Under the pieces are notes generated by a model. It saw only the letters and a list, made by a program, of their open reading frames with translations, searched no databases and was not told the DNA's origin. Positions 24,216 to 37,997 of a stretch of DNA of 64,000 nt are shown piece after piece (the first letter of the stretch is position 1; every line of letters begins with the position of its first letter). Source of the DNA: Mobula hypostoma (taxonomy: Eukaryota); NCBI RefSeq assembly GCF_963921235.1, contig NC_086107.1, positions 109,432,001 through 109,496,000 on the forward strand, read 5' to 3'. A program made the translations under genes and the position numbers.

Positions 24216-27200
24216 GATACAGAAGCAAAATGAGGCCATTTGACCTGTCCAGACTGCTCCATTATTTCATCATGGCTAATCCATTTTTCTTCTCAGTCCC
24301 AATCTTCTGCCTTCTCCCCATATCCATTCATACCCTGATCAATCAAGAATCTGTCAACCTCTGCCTTAAATATACATAAAGCCCTGGCCTCCACAGCCAC
24401 CTGTGGCAATGAATTCCACAGATTCACTATCATCGAGCTGAAGAAATTTCTCCTCATCTCCATTGTAAATAGACGTCCCTCTATTCTGAGGCTGTGTCCT
24501 CTGGTCTTAGACTCCCCCACCATAGGAAACATCCTCTCCACATCCTCTCTATCAAGGCCGTTCAACATTCAAAAGGTTTCACTGGAGGTCACCCCTCACC
24601 CTTCTGAATTCCAGTGCGTACAGACCCAGAACCATCAAACGGTCCCGGTGTGAGCTTTCAGCAAGGCCCCATTGTCAAACTGAGAAACCGAACGGATATA
24701 GAAATGCTCCAAACTTCTCACCTATGGCAGGTTTAGATTCAGATTTATTTCACACGTACACTAAAACGTACGGTGAACTATGTCGTTCTTCATCAGCAAC
24801 CAAAGCCACCTAACCATATTCTGGGGGTAGCCAACGGGTGCTGCCTCACATTCCGGCGACAACGTAGCAAGCCTGGTGAGTTTGGCAGAACCACACAGAA
24901 CACAGAAAGCAACAGAACAGAAAAGAAACAGGAAAACAGGCCTTGTTTCTCCCTCCCACACACCCACCCACGCACACACACAGTATGTGACCTCACTTTC
25001 TCTCTCGACACAAGGTGCAGGTTCAAGCACCCACTACTCTGTGGTGGTAATGTATAATAACGCATTTTGCTAAAAGGGACAATAGTGCAGACTATTATCC
25101 AAATGGGGAGGAAATTCAAACATCAGAGTTGCAAAGAGACTTAGGAGTCCTCGTGCAAGACTCCCAGAAGGTTAATTCACAGGTTGAGTCTGGAGTAAAG
25201 AAGGCAAATGCAGTGTTAGCATTTATTTCAATATAAAAACAAGGATATAATGCTAAAGCTTTATAACACACTTGTCAGGTCGCACGGAGTATTGTCAACG
25301 TTCTTGTGTCCCTTATCTCCGAAAGGATGTACAGTATTGTCATTGGAGAGAGTCCAGAGGAGGTTCACGAGGATGATTCCCGGGAATGAAGGGGTTAACA
25401 TATGAGGAGCATATGGGGCTGTACTCACTGGAATTTAGAAGAATGCATGGGGGTCTCATTGAAATCTACCGAATGTTGAACGGACTGGATGAGGTGGATG
25501 TGGAGAGGATGTTTCCTCTGGTGGGGGTGCCCAGAACTAGAGGGCACAGCCTTAAAATTGAAGGGTGACTTTTTAGAACAGAAGTAAGGAGGAATTTTTT
25601 TTAGCCAAAGAGTGGTGAATCTTTGGAATGCTCTGCCACAGACTGCTGTAGAGGCCAAGTCCGTGGGTATATTTAATGCGGGAGTTGATAGATTCCTGAT
25701 TGGTCGGGGCATCAGGGGATATGGTGAGAGGGCAGGTGTATGGGGTAGAATCCACGATCAGTCATGATGGAACGGCAGAGCAGACTCAATGGGCTGAATG
25801 GCCTAATTCTGCTCATGGTCGTGTGGGCCCACTCCTGATTGCTAAAATCCAGTGCGGCGCTCAGGGATTGTAACCGTGCCCAAGGTGCTGACTTCTGGAT
25901 GAGATGTCAGACCGAGGCCTGAGGCGGACACGAGGGATCGAGGGCTGTTGAGGAACTTTTGGAAAGTGGATGGCCAGGGCAAGAGATTGCTAATATGAGA
26001 GACCATAATTTTGAAGCTGGAGGAAAGTATGGTGGGGGGGTGGGGGGGGGGTGTCAGAGAGAGTGGTGGATGCCTGGAAAACCCTGCCATATTTCGAGAT
26101 ACTGCATGAAACAGGCCCTTCTGGCCTAACAAGCCTCACCACCCAGCAACCCACCGACTTAACACTTGCTTAATCACAAAACCAATTAACCTACGAACTG
26201 ATAGATCCTCGGAATGTGGGGGGAAACCGGAGCATCCCCATAAACCCACCCGATCACGGGATGCTCATACAAGCTTCTTACAGATAGCGTCTCAATTGAA
26301 CTCCAAACTCCGAGACCCCGGGCTGTAAAAGCATCGTGCTAACCGCCATGCTACTGTGGCGCCCCCTGGTGGAGGCAGGTACATTGGCGCGTTTAAGAAA
26401 CCCTTAGCTAGGCCAATGGATGATAGAAAAAATTGGGGGTTATGTAAAAGGAATACACACGATGTGCTGGAGGAGCTCAGCAAGTCAGACAGGATGGGAA
26501 TAAGCAGTCGACGTTTCGGGCAGAAACCCTTCATCTTGGGGCTAAAGGCTTTGAGGGAGGGATTAAACTGATCTCAGAGTAAGTTAGAAGGTCCTGTTCC
26601 TACAGTGCATCCTTACAGTTTTGTTCTGATGGCGAGACCATGAGATATAGGAGCACAACTGGCCCATCGAGTCTGCTCCACCGATCAGCATGGCTGGTTA
26701 CTTTCCTTCACCCCATTCTCCTGCCTTCCCACCCGCCAGCCTAACGCACAGGATCAGAAGAGGCTGCAGATGGCTGTGGTCTCAGCACAACCCTCCCCAT
26801 CAGAGGGTGTCTTCAAGATCCAAGGCCTCAAGTAGATGACCTCCATCACTATGGACACTCACTGTCCAGAACGTGCCCTCTTCGCGTTACTACCATCAGG
26901 AAGGAGGTACAGGAGCCTGAAGATGCACACTTCAAAGTTCAGCAACAGCTTCTTCCCCTCCACCACAGTTATGAACAGTCCATCACATCTGCATTGTTAT
27001 TTCTTTACTTATTTACTTCTCAGAGTTTAGAGATTTATACATTTCCAGTGTACTGCTGCTGCAAACCAATAAATTTCACCTCATACAAGTCAGTGATCAA
27101 AAAAACCCGATTCTGAATATTTCCCCCCTTAACAATTCGGAACCTATCGATCCCTGCCTTAAACACACCCAATAATCTGCCCTCCACATCCAAGTTTCTT

Positions 27201-27224
27201 GACGTAGCTACGGTATGTATATTG

Positions 27225-27620
27225 ATGTCAGGTCACTTGTCTGAGTGCTCCTGGTACCACGTAACCCAGTACTACCTGTCTCATGGTTGGGTGGTCGGCG
27301 ACTAAACCGGCTCCCCCACCAGGCTTGCCTGCTGAGGAGGGTGGCTAGACACCCTGCAGGATGAAAGACAAGACCTGTCAAAGGGCGGATGAACCCTCAC
27401 GTAGGGTCAACGCCCATCTAGCAAACACGTGCCGTGAAGTGCGGAAAGGGCATCCCTTGCATCGAAGCTTGGTGTGGCCATTCACTGCAACAGAACTTCC
27501 CCCAGCCGTCTTGGACCCCACCATGCTGCTGGATCCGGGAGGGGATGTCGAGAGGGTGAGTATGGACCCGTGCAACCCCCCCCACTCACCTAAAACCCAC
27601 TCACGCACATGCTTTTCCTT
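27225..27620 (+). mobile_element. RTE-like retrotransposon 5' UTR remnant with a candidate HDV-like fold at its 5' end
   Basis: GC-rich block starting with the complementary segments described in the findings. The family assignment is from recall of RTE 5' UTRs. Confidence 0.4.
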
Positions 27621-29086
27621 ACAATTTTAAGGAACCATCATCATCCCATGGGATGGATAGCCAGAGAGATGTACGTTTGTATATGTACAAGAGCTTCCTC
27701 TCTACTGCCCGTTACACTGCAGGTGTGTAGGGCAGCGGTGAAGGTCCTTCATTCTGGTGGTGTTCAGGGCTTCCTTCATCGTGTCAGTAGCTCGGTTTTC
27801 ACTACTGTCAGTAGAGATTCTGGAATACCCCATCGCACTCAGATGTAGAAGGGCTCTTCATTGCTACAAGAGCTTCTAGGTTTTTCCAAATGCTAACACG
27901 AGAAATTCTACAGACGCTGGAAATCCAGAGCAACACACACAAAACGCTGGAGGAACTCAGCAGGTCAGGCAGCACCTATGGAAATGAGTGAACAGTCGAC
28001 GTTTCGTGCCGAGACCTTTCTACAGGACTGGGAAGGAAGGGGGGAGACGCCAGAATAAAAAGGTGGGAGGAGGGGAAGGAGGCTGGCTGGAAGGTGATAG
28101 GTGAAGCCAGGTGGGTGGGAAAGGTCAAGGGCTGGAGAAGAAGGAATCTGATAGGACAGGAGAGTGGACAATAGGAGAAGGGGAAGGATGAGGGGATCCA
28201 GTGGGAAGTAATGCACTGGTGACAAGTAAAAGGTCAGAGTGGGGAAAAGAAGAAGGGGGAGGAATTTGTTCACCAGAAGGAGAAATCGGTACTCATGCCA
28301 ACAGATTGGAGGTTACCCATATGGAATACAAGGTGTTGACCCTCTACACTGAGGGTGGGCTCATCTTGGCACAAGGGGAGGCCATGGACCGACCCGTTGA
28401 AACGGGAATTAAGACATTTGAAAGCCCCGCCTGTGGCTGTTGGTGTGGAGGTGCTCGATGGGTCTCACCAAAGCAGATAGCAAATGCTGATGTACTGGGC
28501 CGTGTACCGTGCTGTAATCAGGATGTCGCTTTGTGTTCCAAGCCAATTGGTCTTCAGTGAAATTTCAGGACGTGCCTCAGTGTTCTGAGCCAGCTGCTCT
28601 CCAGTGTAAACCGCGTGCGCTCCACAGCACAGGGACAAGGCAGGTCATGCATGTAGCGGAAGATTTCTAATTCCTTCCGATGCATTTGCTGTGCAGAAGC
28701 CGTGCTAACTATATATAGCTCACATCTATCCTCAGGGAATTATTGAATCATGAGGCTCAGAAACAGGACCTTCAGCCCATCGAGTCCACACTGACCACCA
28801 AGCACCCATTCACACGGAAGGCTGAGCAAGCCAGGGGCTTTTCTCTTTGGAGTGAAGGAGGATGACAGGCATCTTGAGAGAGGTGTGTGAAATGAAAAAA
28901 GGCAGGGGTGTCAAAGGCCAATACCGTAGTGATAGCTAACAGAGTTATACCTCTACCGCTCAGTTATCCACCCCCCACATGGGAAGAGTTCACATACTGT
29001 ACCCACAGGGCTGTCAGCTGAATATCCTGTAGTCCAGGTGTCCTTAGTAACAAAGACAACAAATACCAGTGGATATCCTATTAAGT

Positions 29087-29168
29087 CAGGGGTTCCCAAC
29101 CTTTTTTTAATGCCAAGGACCAATACCATTAAGCGAGGGGTCTGTAGACCCCAGATTGGAAACCCCTG
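29087..29168. mobile_element. 82-bp hAT/Charlie-like MITE inside a CR1 fragment
   Basis: TIRs CAGGGGTTCCCAAC...GATTGGAAACCCCTG. Imperfect 8-bp flanks tattaagt / ttttaagg. Confidence 0.7.
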
Positions 29169-30195
29169 TTTTAAGGTGAATGATGGAAAATTTAGGGGAG
29201 ATGTCAGAGGTAGGTTTTTTTTTATTGACACAGAGAGTGGTCGGTGTTTGGTATGCACTGCCGGACGTGGTGATAGAGGCTGGTACACTAGGGACATTTA
29301 GGAGAATCTTCGGAATATGGATGTAGGGAAATCGGAGGGTTATGGGCTGAGTAGGAAAAGAGTGTTAGATTGGTAGTGGAGTGGGCTTATATAGTTCGAC
29401 ACAGCATCATGAATCAAAGTAATGTGCTGTACTGTCCTGAGTTCTATGTGCTCCACTGACTTGCAATTTACAAGTTTTACAGTGGCCAATTGAAATCTTT
29501 TACCAGTCTGTTGCAGTGAGTGCGGCCCTCTGTGCGGCTTTACGCTGAGGGAGCAGCCTCAGTGCTGGTGAAGCAAAAATACTAACTAATCTCATCATAA
29601 GGGCTGGTTCCGTCCTTGGCCGAAACCCGGACTCTTTTGAATTATAGTGGCGAGGAGGTCACTAAACGAACTGTTATCCATTATGGACAATCTGGCACAT
29701 CCTCTCCACGAGCTACTGAATAAGCAGTGGAGCCCCCTTTCGAACAGGATCATTCAGCTCTACTGCCACAAGGATCGTTACAGAAAATCTTTCCTGTGGA
29801 ATGTAATAAGCATTTCGTCTCTGTGCAACAGGAGAACACACATCATAGTACAATAGTCTCTGTTTTATTATTTCATTCATTATGATTGCACATTGGTAAA
29901 TTATTATTATGTATATTATTATTCTGTACTTTATTAGTTGATAATATTATAATTATATTTATTATTACTATTGGTCAGTGTGTTTTTAAATGTTGCTGCT
30001 GTGACTAAATAATCTCCCACTCAGGATCGATAAAATACTTACTATTATCATTAATCAATATCAAGCGGAGGTTGAAGGGTTCTTGATTAGTTTTAGGACG
30101 AAGGCAGGTGAATGGGATTGAGAGGGAAAATAAATCAGGCATGATCAAAGTTTGGAGCGGACTCAATGGGCCAAATAGCCTCATTCTGTTCCTAT

Positions 30196-30854
30196 TAGAT
30201 TAGATTAGATTCTGAGGACATGCAGTCCTCTTTTATTGTCATCTAGTAATGCATGCATTAAGAAATGATACAATGTTTCTCCAGAATGATATCACAGAAA
30301 CACAGGACAAACCAACTGAAAAACTGATAAAAACCTCATAATTATAACATATAGTTACAACAGTGCAAAGCAATACCGTAATTTGATAAAGAACAGACCA
30401 TGGGCACGGTAAAAAGTCTCAAAGTCTCTCGTAAGTCCCATCATCTCACGCAGACGGTGAACCTCCAGCACCGCCAACTTGCCGATGCAGCATCCTGGAA
30501 GCATCCGACCACAGTCCAACTCCGAGTCCGTCCGAAAACTCCGAGCCTCCGACCAGCTCTCTGACACCGAGCACCGAGCAACATCTCTGCCGAGCGCTTC
30601 GACCCCGGCCCCGGCAACAGGCAATAGGCAAAGCCGAGGATTTGGGGCCTTCGTCTCCGGAGATTCTCGATCGCACAGTAGCAGCGGCAGCGAAGCGGGC
30701 ATTTCAGAAGTTTCTCCAGATGTTCCTCCATGCTTCTCACGTCTGTCTCCATCAAATCAGGATTGTGCACCGCCCCCTAGTTAACACATATCGATATTCA
30801 TTCGGAACGGCCGCGCGCGCTGCGTCGCGCCGCCATCTTCTCCTCCTTCCTCCC
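30196..30854 (-). mobile_element. Non-coding CpG-rich retroposon (GAAGATGGCG head, (TCTAA)n tail). Relatives at 50198-50890 and 51266-51852
   Basis: 12-bp TSD TTCTGTTCCTAT at 30184-30195 and 30855-30866. Three colinear copies in the window. Confidence 0.85.
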
Positions 30855-32087
30855 TTCTGTTCCTATGCCTTACGGTCTATGGATTGAACCCAAAATGTTG
30901 ACGATCCTTTCCCACCCACCGATGCTGCTCGACCCACTGAGATCCCTCAGCTGACTGTTTGTTACTCCAGAATCCAACGTCTGCAGCCTTACTATCTCTA
31001 AAGCGTAGCCTTCGGCTTAGACCGCTCTTCCTGTTCACCTAATTACAGGAAGGAGGTCACGGCTATGGAGAGAGTAATGAAGAGGTTTACCAGGATCATT
31101 TATTCATTATGTGTCATAAAGTATGACGTGGGCGATCATGGTCCTTCCATAACCATGATTGTTCGAGGCAAATTTTTCTACAGAAATGGTTTGCCATTGC
31201 CTTCTTCCCAGGCAGTGTCTTTACAAGATGGGTGACCTCAGCCATTATTAATACTCTTCAGAGATTGTCTGCCTGGTGCCAGTGATCGCATAACCAGGAC
31301 TTGTGATGTGCACTGGCTGCTCGTACGACCACTCACCGCCTGCTCTCATGTCTTCACGTGACCCTGATCAGGGTGCTGAGCAGGTGCTAGACTTTGCCCA
31401 AGGGTGACCTGCAGGCCAGCAGAGGGAAGGAGCACCTTACACCTCCTTTGGTGGAGACTTAGCTACACCAAAGATGCCAGGATGCTGCTTGAATTTGAGG
31501 ATAGAAGGAGATTTTGGACAAACTTGGGATGCTTTCTTTGGAGTAGCGTATGCAGAGGGAAGATCTGATAGAAGTTTCTAATATTACGAGAGGCAGAGGG
31601 GCAGGCAGTCAGAATCTTTATCCCAAGGTGAAAGGGGTGAAGTTTGAGGGAACTGTGCAGGGTGGAGATTTATTTATTCCTTTTTTTTTTTATTTACAGA
31701 GAGTGGTGAGTGCCTGGAATGCACTACAAGGCTGGTGCCCGAGACAGACACGATGGTGGTGTTTAGATAGACACGTGGATGCTCAGGGATTGGAAGGATA
31801 TGGACCATGTGCAGGCAGAGGAGATTTAGTTCCACTTCAGCAGAGGTTTCATGGGCTGCAGGCCTGTTCCTAGTGTTCCACTGTAGTGTGTTCTGTGTTC
31901 TATCCCTTGGGAAAGTTGCAAGAAAAGATAAGAATGGGAGAGTTTCAGGGGAATCACAGGGAAGGTTACAGGGGATAATTGACAAAGGGACAAATAGAAC
32001 CTCCAAAAGGACCTTAACCTTGTCATAGGGTTTGGAGGCTTGTGTGCTACAATGACCTGGAGAGCAATGTTAGCTGGAGTCACGGCT

Positions 32088-32420
32088 TGGATGGATGGGT
32101 GGATGATAGGTGGATGGATGAATGGATGATAGATGGATGGATTAAAGGATGATAGGTGGATGGATGGATGGATGAATGGATGATGGATAGATGGATGGAT
32201 GATAGATGGATGGATGGATGATGGATGGATGGATGGATGGATGGATGAATGGATGATAGATGGATAGATGGATGGATGGATGATAGATGGATAGATGGAT
32301 GGATGGATGGATGGATGAATGGATATGGATGATAGATGGATGGATGGATACGGATAATAGATGGATGGATGATAGATGGATAGATGGATGGATGGATGAT
32401 AGATGGACAGATGGATAGAT
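32088..32420. repeat. (GATG/GATA)n microsatellite
   Basis: Direct reading of the sequence. Confidence 0.97.
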
Positions 32421-35400
32421 ACTAGCAATCGGCCCTTTGTGTTTCAGAGTACAAACTGGAGTCTGACCATCTATGTCCTGGTGTCCACGTGATGTCAGTC
32501 CATGACCTAAAGAGTTCGATGTTCCAGAACTCTTGTCCTCTCAGTCTGTGAATGGATAGATGTCTAGCAATTCTACCTATGTTCTTGCATGTATTTACAG
32601 TAAAATAAAGAATTACAATAAATTTACAAAAAGCTATACATATAGCTATCGGGGCAGCACGGTAGCGTAGAGGTTAGCACAACACTGTACAGTACCAGCG
32701 ACCCGGGTTCAATTCCTGCCGCTGTCTGTAAGGAGTTTGTACATTCTTCCCATGACCGGGTGCTCCGGTTTCCTCCCACAATCCAAGGATCTATCGGTTA
32801 ATCAGTCATTGTGAACTGTCCCGTGATTACACTAGGATTAAATAGGAGGGCTGCTGGGTGGGGGTGGCTCGAAGGGCCAGAAGGGCCTGTTCTGCATTGT
32901 ATATCAATCAATAAATACTGATAAACAGCCAACATGCAAAAGGAGAGAAATTGAGCAAATAAAAAGTACTAATGAGAACATGAGTTGTAAAGAGTCTTTG
33001 AAAGAGAGCCCAAAGGCTGAGGAATCAGTTCAGAGTTGTGGTGAGTGAAGTTATCCACACCGGTTCAGCAGCCTGATGGTTGAAGGGTCATAAGGCTGCT
33101 AAACCTCCTGTGATATAACACTGGCTCTTGACCCTCTGAATGGTTCAATTTAATATCAGAGAATGCATACGATATACAACCCGAAATTCTTACTCTTCAC
33201 AGACATCCACGAAACAGTAGGAAAAAACCCAGAGATTGAGCGACAGAAAACATTGGGGTTAACACAACTCTTCAGAGTACAGGCGACCCAGGTTTAATTC
33301 CCACCGTTGCCTGTATGCTCTCCCCGTAACTGGGTGGGTTTCCTACCAGGTCCTCCTCGTCCAAAGACGTACGGGTTGGTAGGTTAATAGGTCATTGTAA
33401 ATTGCTCCATGACTAGGTTAGGATTAAATTGGGGAATTGCTGGCCGGAATGGCTCAAAGGGGTGGAAGAGCCTATTCTGCGCTTTATCTCAATAAATAAA
33501 TAAATTAGAACCCCAAGCACCCACCCTCCATGCACAAGCAGCAGAAAAACCTTCCCCCTCTTACGCTACCCCCCCCCCCTTGCTCCAGCAAAGGCATCGA
33601 CCCCTTCACAGGAGTACAGGAGTACTACATCATATCAGAAAACACTCATTCTTGGTGTAAACACTTGCAAGTGTTTCAAGTTCCTAGTTCTGTGTTTTAT
33701 TTGAGCTTGAGAGGAAGGGTTAAGGAAACCCTTCTGTTCACTGCAGACTCCGCGTCAGCGAAAATGCTGACTCCTCCTCCAAAAACAGCCTCCAGTGACT
33801 GAAGTGTGTAGGACAGCTGTCCGTATTACAGCTGGGATGTTGGAACGCATCACAGATCTGAACTGAGTCCACAGCCTACAGACTCACTGTCAAGGGCTCT
33901 ACAAGTCATGCTTTTGGTATTATTTATTTTTTAAATTATTTGCACAAATTGACTTCATTTGCACATTGGTCGATTGTCAGTTTTTGTTTTTGTATAGTTT
34001 TTCATAAATGCTACATTATTTTCCTGTAAATGCCCACAAGAAATGAGTCTCAGGGTAGTATATGGTGACATACTTGTACTTTGATAATAAATTTACTTTG
34101 AACTAAAGGCATGAGTTTGAATCCCACAGTGATGTCTTTATACTCACATTCAGTTAGCTGGGAATATGAATTCAATTAATTCATTTAAATCAAGACTTTC
34201 CAAGGTATCCCTGACTAAACTATGGATTATTGTAAAAGCCAATCGGGTTCATCAATATCCTTCATGAAGGAAGTCTGACCGACAAGTGACGCCAGGCAGT
34301 AATATGGTGATTCTTGAATATCTCATCAGCTCAGGGTAATAGGAGATGGTCAATAAACACCACTGTTACCAGCAACATCCACGTCTTGTGAATTTCTATA
34401 GACGTACCGTGGACAGCATTCTAACTGGCTGCGTCACTGTCTGGTATTGGGGTGGAGGGGGCTACCGCACAGGATCGAAATAAGCTGCAGAGAGTAATAA
34501 ACTCAGTCAGCCCCATCATGGGCACTAGGCTTCGTATTGTCCAGGATTTCTTCAAGGAACGGTGCCTCTAAAAAGCAGCATCCATCATTAAAGACCCCCA
34601 TCACTCAGGGCATGCCTTCTTATATCCATATAACCATATAACAATTACAGCACGGAAACAGGCCATCTCGGCCCTTCTAGTCCGTGCCGAACTCTTACTC
34701 TCACCTAGTCCCACCCACCTGCACTCAGCCCATAACCCTCCATTCCTTTCCTGTCCATATATCTGTCCAATTTAACTTTAAACAACAACATCGAACCTGC
34801 CCCAACCACTTCTGCTGGAAGCTCGTTCCACACAGCTACCACTCTCTGAGTAAAGAAGTTCCCCCTCATGTTACCCCTAAACTTTTGCCCTTTAACTCTC
34901 AGCTCATGTCCTCTTGTTTGAATCTCCCCCACTCTCAATGGAAAAAGCCTATCCACATCAACTCTATCTATCCCCTTCATAATTTTAAATACCTCTATCA
35001 AGTCCACCCTCAACCTTCTACGCTCCAAGGAATAAAGACCCAGCATGTTCTTCTCATTGCTACCATCAGCGAGGAGGTTCAGGAGCCTGAAGGCACACAC
35101 TCAATGATTCAGGAACAGCTTCTTCCCCTCTGCCATCAGATTTCTGAAAGGACATTGAACCCATGAACACTACCTCACTATTTTTTTATTTCTATATTTG
35201 TACTACTTATTTACTTTAACTATTATGTACTGTATATGTCTATTGTCATTCACAGTGTTTGTCTATTATTACAATGTACTTCATTGTACTGCTGCTGCGA
35301 AATCAACAAATTTTATGACACATGCCGGTGATATTAAACCCAATTCTGATTCAACACAGTTGAGAGCATCAGCTAACTCAGAGGGAAGGCAATCATTGCA

Positions 35401-36423
35401 CATGATCGCTCGTAGTAGCGCGATCACTCGAGTCGAGTATAATGTTCCCCTAAGGGGTTATGTATTGGTGGGCCCTCAGGCAACTGTGGAGGTCGACCCG
35501 GGATCCATACACTCTGGAATAATGTGGGCCAGACCTCACAATCCTGCCCCCTTTGCCACTCGCTGATGGCAACAGGACTTAATCCGGGATGTTAGGGTGG
35601 AATCCTTAGCGTACCAGCCACCTGGGTTCAATCCCTGCCCTGCCACTGGCTGCGTGTTCTCCCCGTGACCGTGTGAGTTTCCTCCGGGTGCTCTGGTTTC
35701 CTCCCACAGTCCAAAGACGTACCGGTTGGTAGGTTAATTGGTCATTGTAAATTGTCCCGTGATTAGGTTAGGATTAAATCTAGGGAATTGCTGGGCGGCA
35801 TTTATGTAACATGGGAAGGCTGGTGCATGGGCAGCACCTCACTGTCCTTGACAGATCAGGTCAGAGTCCAGTAGCATGGAGACCCTGGGAACTCTTCACC
35901 TCTGCATCCTTCCTCCGCCTTCACTGTGTCATCTTCCGCCATGGTTAGATGGCTCCTGGTCTGGAACCTGACCTTTGACTTTACCGCCATGGGTGACCCT
36001 ACCAGGAGCTAAGCTCGAGACATCTTCGCTCTCAGGATCTCACAAGCCCCTCCACCACGACAAGGTGACCATCTCTGGAGAAGTGCGGACTGAGCTTTGG
36101 CTCCTGTCAGACTGACAGCCATAACGTGAGAGTGAGCGTGTCTGTTCAGTCAGACACGAGCTCTGGTTTGCTGCCAGACTAACCCTGTACAAGCACCCAC
36201 CTCACTCAGCAGCAGGGCAAATCCAGGAAAACAAACATACACGTTCCACAATTGCCTCCACAATCCCCTGTTGACAAAGGGATAGAGTCGTAGTCTTAAA
36301 CACAAGAGACGCTGGAAATCCAGAGCAACACACTCAAAATGTGGGAAGAGCTCAGCAGGTCAGGCAGCATCTGTGGATGGAAATTAACAATTGATGTTCT
36401 GATGAAGGGTCTCAGCCCGAAAC

Positions 36424-37025
36424 GACCTACTTACTGCCTGTTACACCACTGGCATTTAGGGCAGCAATCAATGTCCATAAGACCATGACATAGGAGCAGA
36501 ATTAGGCCATTCAGCCCACTGAGTCTGCTCTGCCAATGTCTTCCATCTCTGGTGGTGTTCAGGGCTTCTTTCATCATGAGCTTCCTCTTGGTTTTCGCTA
36601 CTGTCAGTCATGCAAGTCCCAGGTGGAGACTCAGGAATACCATCACACTGAGATGCAGATAGTTTCTTCATTGCTGTTTCCGTAACAATTATTTCTGACC
36701 CATCAGGGTTGTTAGCCCTGAGCTGAACCCCCAAACCTGGAGGGCTGGTGGACCTGGAGGTCTGGCCTCTACCCTTTGACCTGCTTGGCATGGGTGACCC
36801 TACCAAGAGCTAAAGCACAATGCCCTGACTCCAATCACAAGCAAGAGGAAGCCTGCAGATGCTGGAATTCCAAGCAATACACACAAATGCTGGAGGAACT
36901 CAGCAGACCAGGCAGCATCTATGGAAAAGAGTATGGAAAAGAAAAGACTTCAGTCAACGTAGCTCTCTGGGTCATTGAGCCACACGAGCCTCTGAACCAA
37001 GACAAGGTTGTTGTCCTCTTGGAGA
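36424..37025 (-). mobile_element. RTE-related non-autonomous element inserted into a Penelope hammerhead; itself carries CR1 and PLE fragments
   Basis: 12-bp TSD TCAGCCCGAAAC at 36412-36423 and 37026-37037. The head accttgtc..ggct..tgtg..aatgaccc is shared with copies at 35800-36083, 41490-41767 and 31998-32088. Confidence 0.7.
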
Positions 37026-37997
37026 TCAGCCCGAAACATCGACTGTTTATTCCCCTCCATAGTCTGATGTTCTGAGTTCCACCAGCATTTTAGGTTTGTT
37101 GGTAGAGATCTAGTCTAAAACTAGGGATATAATGCTGAGGCTCTACAAGACATTGGTCAGACTGCATTTGGAGTATTTCTGAGCAGCTTTGAACCCCTTT
37201 TCTAAGAAAGTATGTGCTGGCATTGGAGAGGGTGCAAAGGAGGTTCACAAGAACAACCCTAGGAATAAAAGGGTTAATGGGTGAGGAGCGTTTGACGTCT
37301 CTGGACCTGTACTCACTGAAATTTAGAAGAATCAGGGAAAATCACATTGCAACCTTTTGAATATTGAAAAGCCTAGAGAGAGTGGACATGGAGAGGAGGC
37401 TTCTAATCGTCGGGGAGTGTAGGGCCAGAGGGCACAGTCTTAGAATAGAAGGAGGTCCCTTTAGAACAGAGATGAGGAGGAATTTCTTCAGCTAGAGGGT
37501 AATGAATCTGTGGAATTCATTGCCACAGACGGCTGTGGAGGACAATTCACCAGGTATAGTTAAATCGGAGGCTGGCAGGTTCTTGATTAGTAAGGGCATC
37601 AAAGGTTACGGGGAGAAGGGAGGAGAATGGGGTTGAGAGGGATAGTAAATAAACCACGAATGGCGGAGCAGACTCAACGGGCCGAATGGCCTAATTCTGC
37701 TCTATTTCTTTACGATCCCCCTCCTTTTCCAGGAGGAAGCACACGACTTTACTTCCAAGGCTAATTAAGCGTCGATTCAGCTATTCCACCTCGGAGAGCA
37801 TCACAGCCCGCGGTCCTCGCTCACAAAGAGTTCTCTCTTCACAAGGTTCTGATGGACACTTAAAAACCTTCAGTAGACACTCATTTTCTTTGTGATAAAT
37901 GCAAGGGCATAAAATCTAGAGCACATTCCAAAAATTACTATTCCTATTGTCAAAGCACTGTATGGAAAAAAAGAGGAAATTGTATTATACACCGTAC

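Noticed and set aside
21788..28030. Further hammerhead-like motifs (about 21841, 26506, 27994)
   Set aside because: Core nucleotides are mutated (CTGCCGA, AAGATGA, CTGTAGA), so they are treated as decayed pLTR copies, not ribozymes.
31826..32428. 200-aa SIHP-repeat ORF
   Set aside because: Translation of the (CATC)n microsatellite.
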